Part shown: in pieces, positions 57,378 through 64,000 of the stretch | How the letters are laid out: each line of letters starts with the position of its first letter | How positions within the stretch are numbered: position 1 is the stretch's first letter | Source: OCS155 cluster bacterium AG-422-J23 | GTDB taxonomy: Bacteria; Actinomycetota; Acidimicrobiia; Actinomarinales; Actinomarinaceae | DNA: 64,000 bases | Reading direction: 5' to 3' | Assembly: GCA_003213625.1 (NCBI GenBank) | Contig: QCMT01000001.1 | Span: 100,615-164,614 of the forward strand | Made by a program: the position numbers and the translations under genes | The notes under the pieces: generated by a model | Told to the model about the DNA's origin: nothing | Seen by the model: the letters and a program-made list of their open reading frames with translations, nothing else | Databases searched by the model: none

Positions 57378-57890
57378 ATGAACAATTTTGAAAATCATAG
57401 AACATTGATACTTAACGCAACTTATCAGCCACTTTCTATTGCATCAGCCAAGAGATCAATATCACTTTTACTTTCCAACAAAATAAATATCATAAAAAAT
57501 TCAAATTTTGAAATAAGATCTGAGTCATCAACAATCACTATTCCAAAAGTTGCTGCATTGAATTATTACGTAAAAGCACCGTATGCTAGAAGAGTTGCAT
57601 TAAATCGTGAGAATATTTTTATACGAGACAAATATATTTGTCAATATTGTGGTAACCAAGCAGAGTCAATTGATCATATAATTCCAAAATCAAAAGGGGG
57701 ACAACATGAATGGCAAAATGTTGTTGCATGTTGTAAAAAATGTAACCTTATAAAAGCAGATAAGTATTTAAATCAAACAATATTAAAGCTAGTTCAAGCA
57801 CCTTTAAAGCCGGAAGGTAATTTTTGGATTAAAACAATTATTGGCTCTAACCCTGATCCGGAGTGGAAAGAATTTCTCATATCAGCATAA
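57378..57890 (+). CDS. Small HNH endonuclease-family protein
   Basis: LILNATYQPLSI N-domain. CQYCG...SIDHIIPKSKGG...WQNVVACCKKCNLIKADK. Confidence 0.8.
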   Translation: MNNFENHRTLILNATYQPLSIASAKRSISLLLSNKINIIKNSNFEIRSESSTITIPKVAALNYYVKAPYARRVALNRENIFIRDKYICQYCGNQAESIDHIIPKSKGGQHEWQNVVACCKKCNLIKADKYLNQTILKLVQAPLKPEGNFWIKTIIGSNPDPEWKEFLISA

Positions 57891-57910
57891 AAAATTTTTA
57901 TTAAATTGTG

Positions 57911-57951
57911 TTGCAAAGTGTCATATAGTGTCATATAATGACACAAAGTGG
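57911..57951 (+). promoter_or_regulatory. Pmra promoter (TTGCAA-17 bp-TATAAT) overlapped by four 10-bp-phased direct repeats (putative MraZ operator)
   Basis: -35 at 57911-16 and -10 at 57934-39. Repeats AAAGTGT (57915), ATAGTGT (57925), ATAATGA (57935), AAAGTGG (57945), each followed by a 3-nt spacer. Confidence 0.65.
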
Positions 57952-57976
57952 TTCAAGGCACGAAAGGCGGATAAAA

Positions 57977-58402
57977 GTGTTCCTTGGTGAGTATCAACAC
58001 ACAATGGACTCGAAGGGTAGAGTAGTTATTCCATCGAAGTTTAGAAGAGAGCTCCAACAGGGCTGTGTAGTCACCAAGGGACAAGACAACTGTCTACAGA
58101 TACTTACAAAGAAAAGTTGGTCGCTTCTTTCAGAAAGAATGGCTGACCTTCCTGTAACTGAAAAATCATCACGTCAACTAAGAAGAGCTATATTTAGTGG
58201 CGCTGTTGACTCAAAACTTGATTCAGCTGGAAGGATTCAAATTCCTGAGAACTTAAGAGATTACAGCAGTATTCCAATTAATGGGGACGTTACTGTTACA
58301 GGTACAGGAAACACAATTGAAATTTGGTCTTCGAAGGTTTGGAAAAAAATTCAAAATGAAGCAGATCATGAATTTGCAAATATTAACGAAGTGAAAGGAT
58401 AA
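57977..58402 (+). CDS. mraZ: Transcriptional regulator MraZ
   Basis: (V)FLGEYQHTMDSKGRVVIPSKFR and a second DSAGRIQIPENLR repeat. GTG start at 57977 with GAAAGG 9 nt upstream. The track ATG at 57938 lies inside the -10 box. Confidence 0.88.
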   Translation: MFLGEYQHTMDSKGRVVIPSKFRRELQQGCVVTKGQDNCLQILTKKSWSLLSERMADLPVTEKSSRQLRRAIFSGAVDSKLDSAGRIQIPENLRDYSSIPINGDVTVTGTGNTIEIWSSKVWKKIQNEADHEFANINEVKG

Positions 58403-58410
58403 GTTCATAG

Positions 58411-58487
58411 CCAGCTCTCTAGACAACTAAATTGGAACACCCTTACTCCGCCCAACTTTCCAATTGGTGCCAGTTCTAGAGAGCTGG
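58411..58487 (+). other. Nested inverted-repeat RNA structure between mraZ and rsmH
   Basis: 13-bp perfect outer helix CCAGCTCTCTAGA (58411-23) / TCTAGAGAGCTGG (58475-87). 8-bp inner helix AATTGGAA (58430-37) / TTCCAATT (58458-65). 20-nt C-rich loop. Confidence 0.5.
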
Positions 58488-58489
58488 GT

Positions 58490-59407
58490 ATGAACAGTAA
58501 CAGGGTTGGGTACATGCCACATGTTGGCGTTATGAAAGAAGAAATCTCTTCTTTACTAAAAGATGTTCCAGAGGGTTATTTTATTGATGCAACTTATGGC
58601 GATGGCTCTCATTTCGAATTTATTGATTCAGAAAAAAAATTTACTGCGATTGGTTTTGACCGCGATTATGAGTCGATTGCAAATAAAAAGAATAACCACT
58701 ATGTAGTTCAGTTAAACTTTTCTGAAATCCAAGATTATTTAGAAAAGAATTCATTTACTCCAATAAGTGGAATTCTTTATGACCTTGGAGTTTCAAGTCA
58801 TCAAATAGATACACCATCTAGAGGGTTTTCATATTCAATTAATTCTGATTTAGATATGAGAATGAATCAACAAGATTCTTTAACTGCTGAAAATATATTG
58901 AATTCATTTTCTTATGAAGAATTAAAGCTAGTTTTTCAAAATTATGGAGAGGAAAGATATTCAAGTTCGATTGCAAAAAAAATAGTAGATAATCGGCCAA
59001 TTTACAAAACAAAGGATTTGGTAAAACTAATTAAAGATTCTTTGCCAAAACAGAATCCCATTTATATTGAAAAAAGTATTCGAAGAATTTTTCAAGCGAT
59101 AAGAATTCAAGTTAATGACGAGTTAGATGAGTTAAGAAAGTCATTAACCAGTATAAAAGATGTAATTTCAAAAAATGGAGTGATAGTTTGCATTTCTTAT
59201 CATTCCCTTGAAGATAAAATTGTTAAAAAGTTTATGAATGAGTTAACCATTGGTTGTACTTGCGAGCCTTCAATTGCAATATGTGTTTGTAACAATGTAG
59301 AAAGTTTTAAATTTCCAAACAAAAAAAAATATTACCCCAGCAATAAAGAAATAGAAACTAATTCAAGAGCAAAATCTGCAACGTTAAGGTACGTGATTAA
59401 ATTATGA
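58490..59407 (+). CDS. rsmH: 16S rRNA (cytosine1402-N4)-methyltransferase
   Basis: HVGVMKEE, DATYGDGSH, LYDLGVSSHQID, SYHSLEDKIVK. Alternative start ATG at 58514. Confidence 0.9.
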   Translation: MNSNRVGYMPHVGVMKEEISSLLKDVPEGYFIDATYGDGSHFEFIDSEKKFTAIGFDRDYESIANKKNNHYVVQLNFSEIQDYLEKNSFTPISGILYDLGVSSHQIDTPSRGFSYSINSDLDMRMNQQDSLTAENILNSFSYEELKLVFQNYGEERYSSSIAKKIVDNRPIYKTKDLVKLIKDSLPKQNPIYIEKSIRRIFQAIRIQVNDELDELRKSLTSIKDVISKNGVIVCISYHSLEDKIVKKFMNELTIGCTCEPSIAICVCNNVESFKFPNKKKYYPSNKEIETNSRAKSATLRYVIKL

Positions 59408-59727
59408 GAAAAAAATATATTTTTCGTTTAATATATTCACTCTTATCAATATCTGTTATTTTTTCACTTTTTATAAATATAAAAATGAATGAAATTTCAA
59501 ATGAACTTTCATCAATTAACGCTGAAATTGTAGAACTCGAACGCTCAAGAGCAAATATAAATGTTGAATACATTAAGAAATACTCGTTTGAAAATATTGA
59601 AAATTTATCCAAATTAAATTCATATGTCAGGCTAAGGGTTAATAACTTGAACCTAGATCTTGAAACCCCATACAAACTTAATGACATTAAAGAAAAGAGT
59701 CCTACTGTAATGGGTTTTAGTAGATGA
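59404..59727 (+). CDS. ftsL: Cell division protein FtsL-like
   Basis: 107 aa. Single N-terminal TM plus coiled coil. Canonical position between rsmH and ftsI, with ATGA overlaps. Confidence 0.6.
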   Translation: MRKKYIFRLIYSLLSISVIFSLFINIKMNEISNELSSINAEIVELERSRANINVEYIKKYSFENIENLSKLNSYVRLRVNNLNLDLETPYKLNDIKEKSPTVMGFSR

Positions 59728-61400
59728 GATTTAGTAGAAATAGACTGAAATTAAATTTTTTATTCTTAACGATATTTTCTTTTGTATTGTTTGGCTCATT
59801 TCTATTTATTCAAAAAGTATATTCTTTACAATTTATCGAATCTGATCACTTTCAAGATCAAGCGTTATCATACAGGGAAAGGGTAGAAGTTCTAGAAGCA
59901 AAAAGGGGAACAATATATGATAAACATTTTAACGTACTGGCCAGTAGCATCCAATCTTACAATGTAGCGATTAGACCAAATGAGATAAACGATTTAGGCC
60001 TTATTAAAGTATTGTCCCCAATATTAGGAATTGATGAGAATAAAATTTTAAATGAAATTACAGAAAATTCTCGATTTTTTTATCTTAAACGTAATGTTGA
60101 TTTTGAAACTGGTCAAAAAATAAAGTCTTGGAATTATAAAGGTGTACATTTAGAGCAGTCAAATAAAAGAAATGTTTATGATGAATCAACATCCAATCTA
60201 ATAGGACTAGTTGATCCAGATGGAAATGGAATAGAGGGACTTGAACTATATTTTGATAATTTTCTTCAGGGACAGAATGGAGAATTAAGGTATGAATCAG
60301 CACCAAATGGAGCAATAATTCCACAAGGTGAAATTAAGACAATTCAACCAAAACATGGAGAAGATTTAGTACTTGCTATCGACTCTGAATTACAATATTT
60401 GACGGAAAATCTCTGCAATGATGCATTAGTCGATACAGGAGCTTTTAAGTGTTCAGTTGTTTTTGCAAATTCTTTAACAGGCGAAGTTCTTATTTCTTCA
60501 GAGACATCATCCTTAGATAATAAATATTTTGATATTGACCTTATAAGTGCAAGAGCAAACTACGAACCTGGTTCAGCACTTAAAATATTTACCATAGGAT
60601 CATTAATAGAATCGGATATCATTGATGAGAATAATTCATACTTAGTCGAAGATGAGATAGAAATTATCGATGGATCATGTGATGATAATTATGAAGGATT
60701 TAAAGGATGCTTCAAAGATTTTTTAAAGCATGAACCACTAAATCTTACTGTTGAAGAAATCATAGAAAGATCTTCGAATGTAGGAACTATAAAAATTGTT
60801 AACAATTCTAATATTGATAATGTTGAGGAATTTTTGAAAAAATTTGGGTTTGGTTCTAGAACAGGTGTAGAGCTATCTGGAGAATCTAAAGGATCATTTA
60901 CAGAATATAACACATGTAAAACCTGTCTTAGTTCTCTCTCAATAGGTTATTCTATAAACACAACTCAATATCAAATGGTCAAGGGATACAGCATAATTGC
61001 AAATGGTGGTAAAGATATTCAACTATCTTTATTGAGAAATTTAGATCAGAATGTAAATCAAAAATCAATCATTTCTAATGATTTGTCCAACAGATTGAAA
61101 AAATTACTTATTAACGTTGTTGAGGGAGACAATGGAACAGGTAAGTCTTTAAGAATGAGTGGTTATGTAATAGGTGGTAAAACAGGAACTAGCCGGACAT
61201 ATCTGGAGGGAATTGGATACTCAGATAAACGTTTTAATACATCGTTCACTGGATTTATAGAGACTAATGAAGGACCAATAGTTGGATCAGTAATTTTATG
61301 GGGTGCACTAGGCTCTCCGATTTCAGAGTATGTAACAGGTGGTTCTACAGCTGCACCAATATTTAAGAATATTGTAAGAAACTTAGTACCGGATAAATAA
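59724..61400 (+). CDS. ftsI: Class B penicillin-binding protein (FtsI/PBP3-like transpeptidase)
   Basis: N-terminal TM. SALK (SxxK), SSN (SxN), KTGT. Confidence 0.88.
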   Translation: MRFSRNRLKLNFLFLTIFSFVLFGSFLFIQKVYSLQFIESDHFQDQALSYRERVEVLEAKRGTIYDKHFNVLASSIQSYNVAIRPNEINDLGLIKVLSPILGIDENKILNEITENSRFFYLKRNVDFETGQKIKSWNYKGVHLEQSNKRNVYDESTSNLIGLVDPDGNGIEGLELYFDNFLQGQNGELRYESAPNGAIIPQGEIKTIQPKHGEDLVLAIDSELQYLTENLCNDALVDTGAFKCSVVFANSLTGEVLISSETSSLDNKYFDIDLISARANYEPGSALKIFTIGSLIESDIIDENNSYLVEDEIEIIDGSCDDNYEGFKGCFKDFLKHEPLNLTVEEIIERSSNVGTIKIVNNSNIDNVEEFLKKFGFGSRTGVELSGESKGSFTEYNTCKTCLSSLSIGYSINTTQYQMVKGYSIIANGGKDIQLSLLRNLDQNVNQKSIISNDLSNRLKKLLINVVEGDNGTGKSLRMSGYVIGGKTGTSRTYLEGIGYSDKRFNTSFTGFIETNEGPIVGSVILWGALGSPISEYVTGGSTAAPIFKNIVRNLVPDK

Positions 61401-61401
61401 A

Positions 61402-62805
61402 ATGAGTGAACTTAATTTGTCAGAATTAAAATTAACTGAAATTGATATTAAAAATTTCGTTAACAGCTCATTAGATGTTGAGGAAGGATCAGTACTATTT
61501 ATTAATCATGACGAAAAAGATAAGTTAGACAAATATGTAGATGAGTCTTTAAAGAAGAAAGTGAAGCTAGTCATTACATCTTTAAATTGCAGTTTGAATG
61601 ACGATAAAGTAATTAAAGCAAAAAATTACAGTCAAGTTTTTCTTGATTCATACAATTACCTATGTAACGACTATGAATCAAAAAAGTACTTTGGCATTAC
61701 AGGAACAAATGGGAAAACAACAACAGGAGCTTTTCTTAAAGAATTACTTGGTCCAGAAAGTTTATTTATTGGAACTAATGAAGACGAATTATTTTCTGAA
61801 ATAACAAATGAAAAACACTTAACCTCACCTAAATTATTTAATATTCTTAAATTACTCGGTAAGTCAGATTTTAAAAAATACAATAATATAATTCTTGAAG
61901 CTTCATCACATGCTTTAGATCAAGATAGATTTAACGGCATTAGATTTAATACCTCAGGTTTTACAAATCTATCTCAAGATCATTTTGATTACCATACAAA
62001 TTTTGAAAATTACTTTAATTCAAAATTAAAGTTATTCACAAACCAGCTATCAGATAAGTATGTATATATAGATAATGAATGGGGTAATAAAGTTTCCCAA
62101 AGTTCATCTTTGCCATCTTTTAAAATAAGCTCAGACACTCAAGCCGATCTACAAATATTAGAAAAAAAGACATATCCAACAACTAGTTTGAAAATAGAAA
62201 TAAATAAAAAAATATACGATTTTGAATTAGATATCGTTGGTCCAAATTTTTATCAAAATTTTTTACTTGCTTTTTCTATGGCATATTATTCAAAAATAAA
62301 AAATGTAGACCAAATCATAGAAAATATTTCGAATCTAAAAAACCCAAAAGGAAGATTTGATTTGATTAATTTCAAAACAAATAAAATAATTGTAGATTAC
62401 GCGCACACTCCTGAATCAATTTCCCAAGTTATTAAATATGTGAATCCTTATTTTTCAGAGGTTGTTGTTTTGTTTGGTGCTGGAGGTAATAGAGATAAAG
62501 AAAAAAGAAAACTTATGGGAACTGCTTCCCAGTTAGCAGATAGTGTAATAGTAACGAATGATAATCCAAGAAATGAAGATCCAATTCAGATATCAAATGA
62601 TATTTTAAAAGGATGCGATTTATCTAAAACTAATGTAATTCTTGATAGAAAAGAAGCAATAACTTCTGCAATTAATGAGCTCAAGGAAAACTCAGTTTTA
62701 TTAGTATTAGGTAAAGGGCATGAAATGTATCAAGAAATAAACAATTCACATATTCCTTTTAATGATAACGACTTCATTAATGAGACCATTGGAGGCTTAA
62801 TTTGA
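61402..62805 (+). CDS. murE: UDP-N-acetylmuramoyl-L-alanyl-D-glutamate--2,6-diaminopimelate ligase
   Basis: GITGTNGKTTT, DYAHTPES, DNPRNEDP (DNPR motif associated with meso-DAP specificity). Confidence 0.9.
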   Translation: MSELNLSELKLTEIDIKNFVNSSLDVEEGSVLFINHDEKDKLDKYVDESLKKKVKLVITSLNCSLNDDKVIKAKNYSQVFLDSYNYLCNDYESKKYFGITGTNGKTTTGAFLKELLGPESLFIGTNEDELFSEITNEKHLTSPKLFNILKLLGKSDFKKYNNIILEASSHALDQDRFNGIRFNTSGFTNLSQDHFDYHTNFENYFNSKLKLFTNQLSDKYVYIDNEWGNKVSQSSSLPSFKISSDTQADLQILEKKTYPTTSLKIEINKKIYDFELDIVGPNFYQNFLLAFSMAYYSKIKNVDQIIENISNLKNPKGRFDLINFKTNKIIVDYAHTPESISQVIKYVNPYFSEVVVLFGAGGNRDKEKRKLMGTASQLADSVIVTNDNPRNEDPIQISNDILKGCDLSKTNVILDRKEAITSAINELKENSVLLVLGKGHEMYQEINNSHIPFNDNDFINETIGGLI

Positions 62806-63860
62806 TTGCAATAATTGTATCTGGTGCAATTTCTTTCTTATTCGTGATTTTGTCAACATCCATAGGAGTTAACTATTTTAAATCTAGAAATATTGGTCAA
62901 CCAATTCAAGAGGAAGTGGTTTTTCATGACCATAAAAAAGGTACGCCAACAATGGGAGGTGTATTTATAATTTTAGGAACTTATGCCGGCTATGTTCTAT
63001 CACATATTAATTTTTGGACAATTGGTCAGGGATTTAAGATTGAATTGATATCAATTAATCCAGTAATTTTAAATCTACTTTTATTCGGTACTCTCATGGC
63101 TTCAGTTGGATTAATTGATGATCTTTTAAAAGTTAGAAAAAATAGAAATTTAGGCCTTAGAGCTAGAAATAAAATATTTTTACAAATATTGGTAGGTTCT
63201 TTCATAAGTTTATATTTTTACAATCTAGATTACTCATCAACATTTTATTTTTTCAGCGGTTTTGGTTTTGAAGTTGGATTTTTAAAGTGGATCCTTATAG
63301 TCTTTCTAATTGTAGGTATTACTAATTCAACAAATCTTACAGATGGTTTAGATGGTCTTGTAGCAGGTTCATCCTCAGTTTCTTTTGGAGGAATTTTAAT
63401 TATTGCTTTTTGGATTTTTAGGCATCCAGATTATTACATAAATTTTATGAATAATGAAATGGTTGGTCTTGAGCTTTCTACACTTATATCTGCTTTAGCT
63501 GGTTCCACTCTTGGTTTTTTATGGTGGAATACAAATCCTGCAAAAATAATCATGGGAGACATAGGGTCTCATTTTATTGGTGCTATGTTTCCGATAATTT
63601 TAATATCGCTAGGTGCCGATGGCCTAATTTTCTTTTTTTGCTTCCTTTATATATTTGAGGCCTTATCTGTCATCCTTCAAGTATCTTCTTATAAATTGAA
63701 ACAAAAAAGAATTTTTAAAATGACACCAATTCATCATCATTTTGAAATGAGTAATTGGGCAGAGACAACTATTATTGTTAGGTTTTGGATAATTAACGGA
63801 ATTTTCATCGTAATGGGGCTTGGTCTATTTTATGGAGACTGGGTATTGTTTGGAAATTAA
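62802..63860 (+). CDS. mraY: Phospho-N-acetylmuramoyl-pentapeptide transferase
   Basis: KKGTPTMGG, NSTNLTDGLDGL, HHHFE. 4-nt overlap with murE. Confidence 0.93.
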   Translation: MIAIIVSGAISFLFVILSTSIGVNYFKSRNIGQPIQEEVVFHDHKKGTPTMGGVFIILGTYAGYVLSHINFWTIGQGFKIELISINPVILNLLLFGTLMASVGLIDDLLKVRKNRNLGLRARNKIFLQILVGSFISLYFYNLDYSSTFYFFSGFGFEVGFLKWILIVFLIVGITNSTNLTDGLDGLVAGSSSVSFGGILIIAFWIFRHPDYYINFMNNEMVGLELSTLISALAGSTLGFLWWNTNPAKIIMGDIGSHFIGAMFPIILISLGADGLIFFFCFLYIFEALSVILQVSSYKLKQKRIFKMTPIHHHFEMSNWAETTIIVRFWIINGIFIVMGLGLFYGDWVLFGN

Positions 63861-64000
63861 GTGAAGTCTTTAATTCTTGGATATGGCAATACAGGTCAAT
63901 CTGTCAAAAAATATTTCGACACTACATCCAAAGATTATTTTATTTACGATGACAATCTAGATTTATTAACAGATATTGGAGAAGAACTAGTTTTTAGTGA
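63861..64000 (+). CDS. murD: UDP-N-acetylmuramoylalanine--D-glutamate ligase, N-terminal fragment (runs off the right edge)
   Basis: GTG start immediately after the mraY stop. (V)KSLILGYGNTGQSVKKYF Rossmann-like N-terminus. Position after mraY. Confidence 0.6.
   Translation, partial: MKSLILGYGNTGQSVKKYFDTTSKDYFIYDDNLDLLTDIGEELVFS

Noticed and set aside
56859-57890. MerR plus HNH as a restriction or anti-phage defence module
   Set aside because: There is no methyltransferase, ATPase, toxin/antitoxin or other defence-associated partner. The HNH protein is of the small, widely conserved housekeeping-like class, and its neighbours are core dcw genes.
57938-57976. ATG 57938 as the mraZ start (13 extra residues MTQSGSRHERRIK)
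   Set aside because: This ATG sits inside the predicted -10 hexamer/operator. MraZ proteins normally begin MFLG... The GTG at 57977 gives (M)FLGEYQH with a GAAAGG SD 9 nt upstream.
58403-58489. Possible tRNA or tRNA-like gene, because of local GC richness and about 77-nt length
   Set aside because: No cloverleaf can be drawn. There is no GTTCRANYC T-loop and no D-loop GG. The pairing is one long outer helix plus one inner helix.
1-64000. CRISPR arrays, rRNA/tRNA genes, IS elements and long tandem repeats
   Set aside because: Reading through all intergenic spaces, none exceeds about 110 bp apart from 7995-8222, 35547-35966 and 49131-49273. None showed regularly spaced repeats, and no cloverleaf or rRNA-like conserved blocks were seen. 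The only notable repeats are the short regulatory ones reported above.

Overview
AT-rich, very gene-dense bacterial chromosome segment: about 70 genes in 64 kb, many with 4-14 nt start/stop overlaps and frequent GTG/TTG starts. Several hallmarks point to a streamlined low-GC actinobacterium. These are a DUF3040 protein upstream of the mraZ dcw cluster, an MMPL transporter, an F420/LLM G6PDH-family enzyme, a Nif3-DUF164-RNase H triad and an ilvB leader-peptide attenuator. A marine Actinomarinales/Acidimicrobiia-like organism is possible, but that is inference only. Layout: (i) 1-25.2 kb is a cell-surface glycan biosynthesis island. It holds 2 initiating phosphoglycosyl transferases, about 7 glycosyltransferases, Wzx, 2 Wzy/O-antigen-ligase-like proteins, ugd, uxs, several SDR sugar-modifying enzymes, 2 UDP-GlcNAc 2-epimerases, a WecC-like dehydrogenase, an AsnB-like amidotransferase and a heparinase II/III-like protein. 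(ii) 25.2-35.5 kb holds ppc, a secreted M15 peptidase, MMPL, Nif3/DUF164/rnhA, TauE and an F420-type LLM oxidoreductase. (iii) RNase P RNA (rnpB) lies on the minus strand at about 35.6-35.9 kb. (iv) 36.0-49.2 kb is an essentially gap-free minus-strand array: ilvB leader, ilvBNC-leuAB, nitroreductase, trmH-like, DEDDh exonuclease, ccmABC-E-F-H-I-G (System I cytochrome c maturation). (v) 49.3-57.9 kb holds queG, ilvD, a phosphoesterase, a ROK kinase, ltaE, small membrane ORFs, a histidine phosphatase, DUF3040, MerR and HNH. (vi) 57.9-64.0 kb is the dcw cluster mraZ-rsmH-ftsL-ftsI-murE-mraY-murD', without murF. I found no CRISPR array, transposase, integrase, tRNA/rRNA or recognisable defence system. 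The most likely novelty lies in the glycan-island chemistry, the Ccm System I cluster in an actinobacterial-looking context, and three RNA/regulatory elements visible in the sequence: the ilvB attenuator, the Pmra operator repeats and a nested-hairpin element between mraZ and rsmH. All functional calls come from motif recognition by eye; no database search was run.
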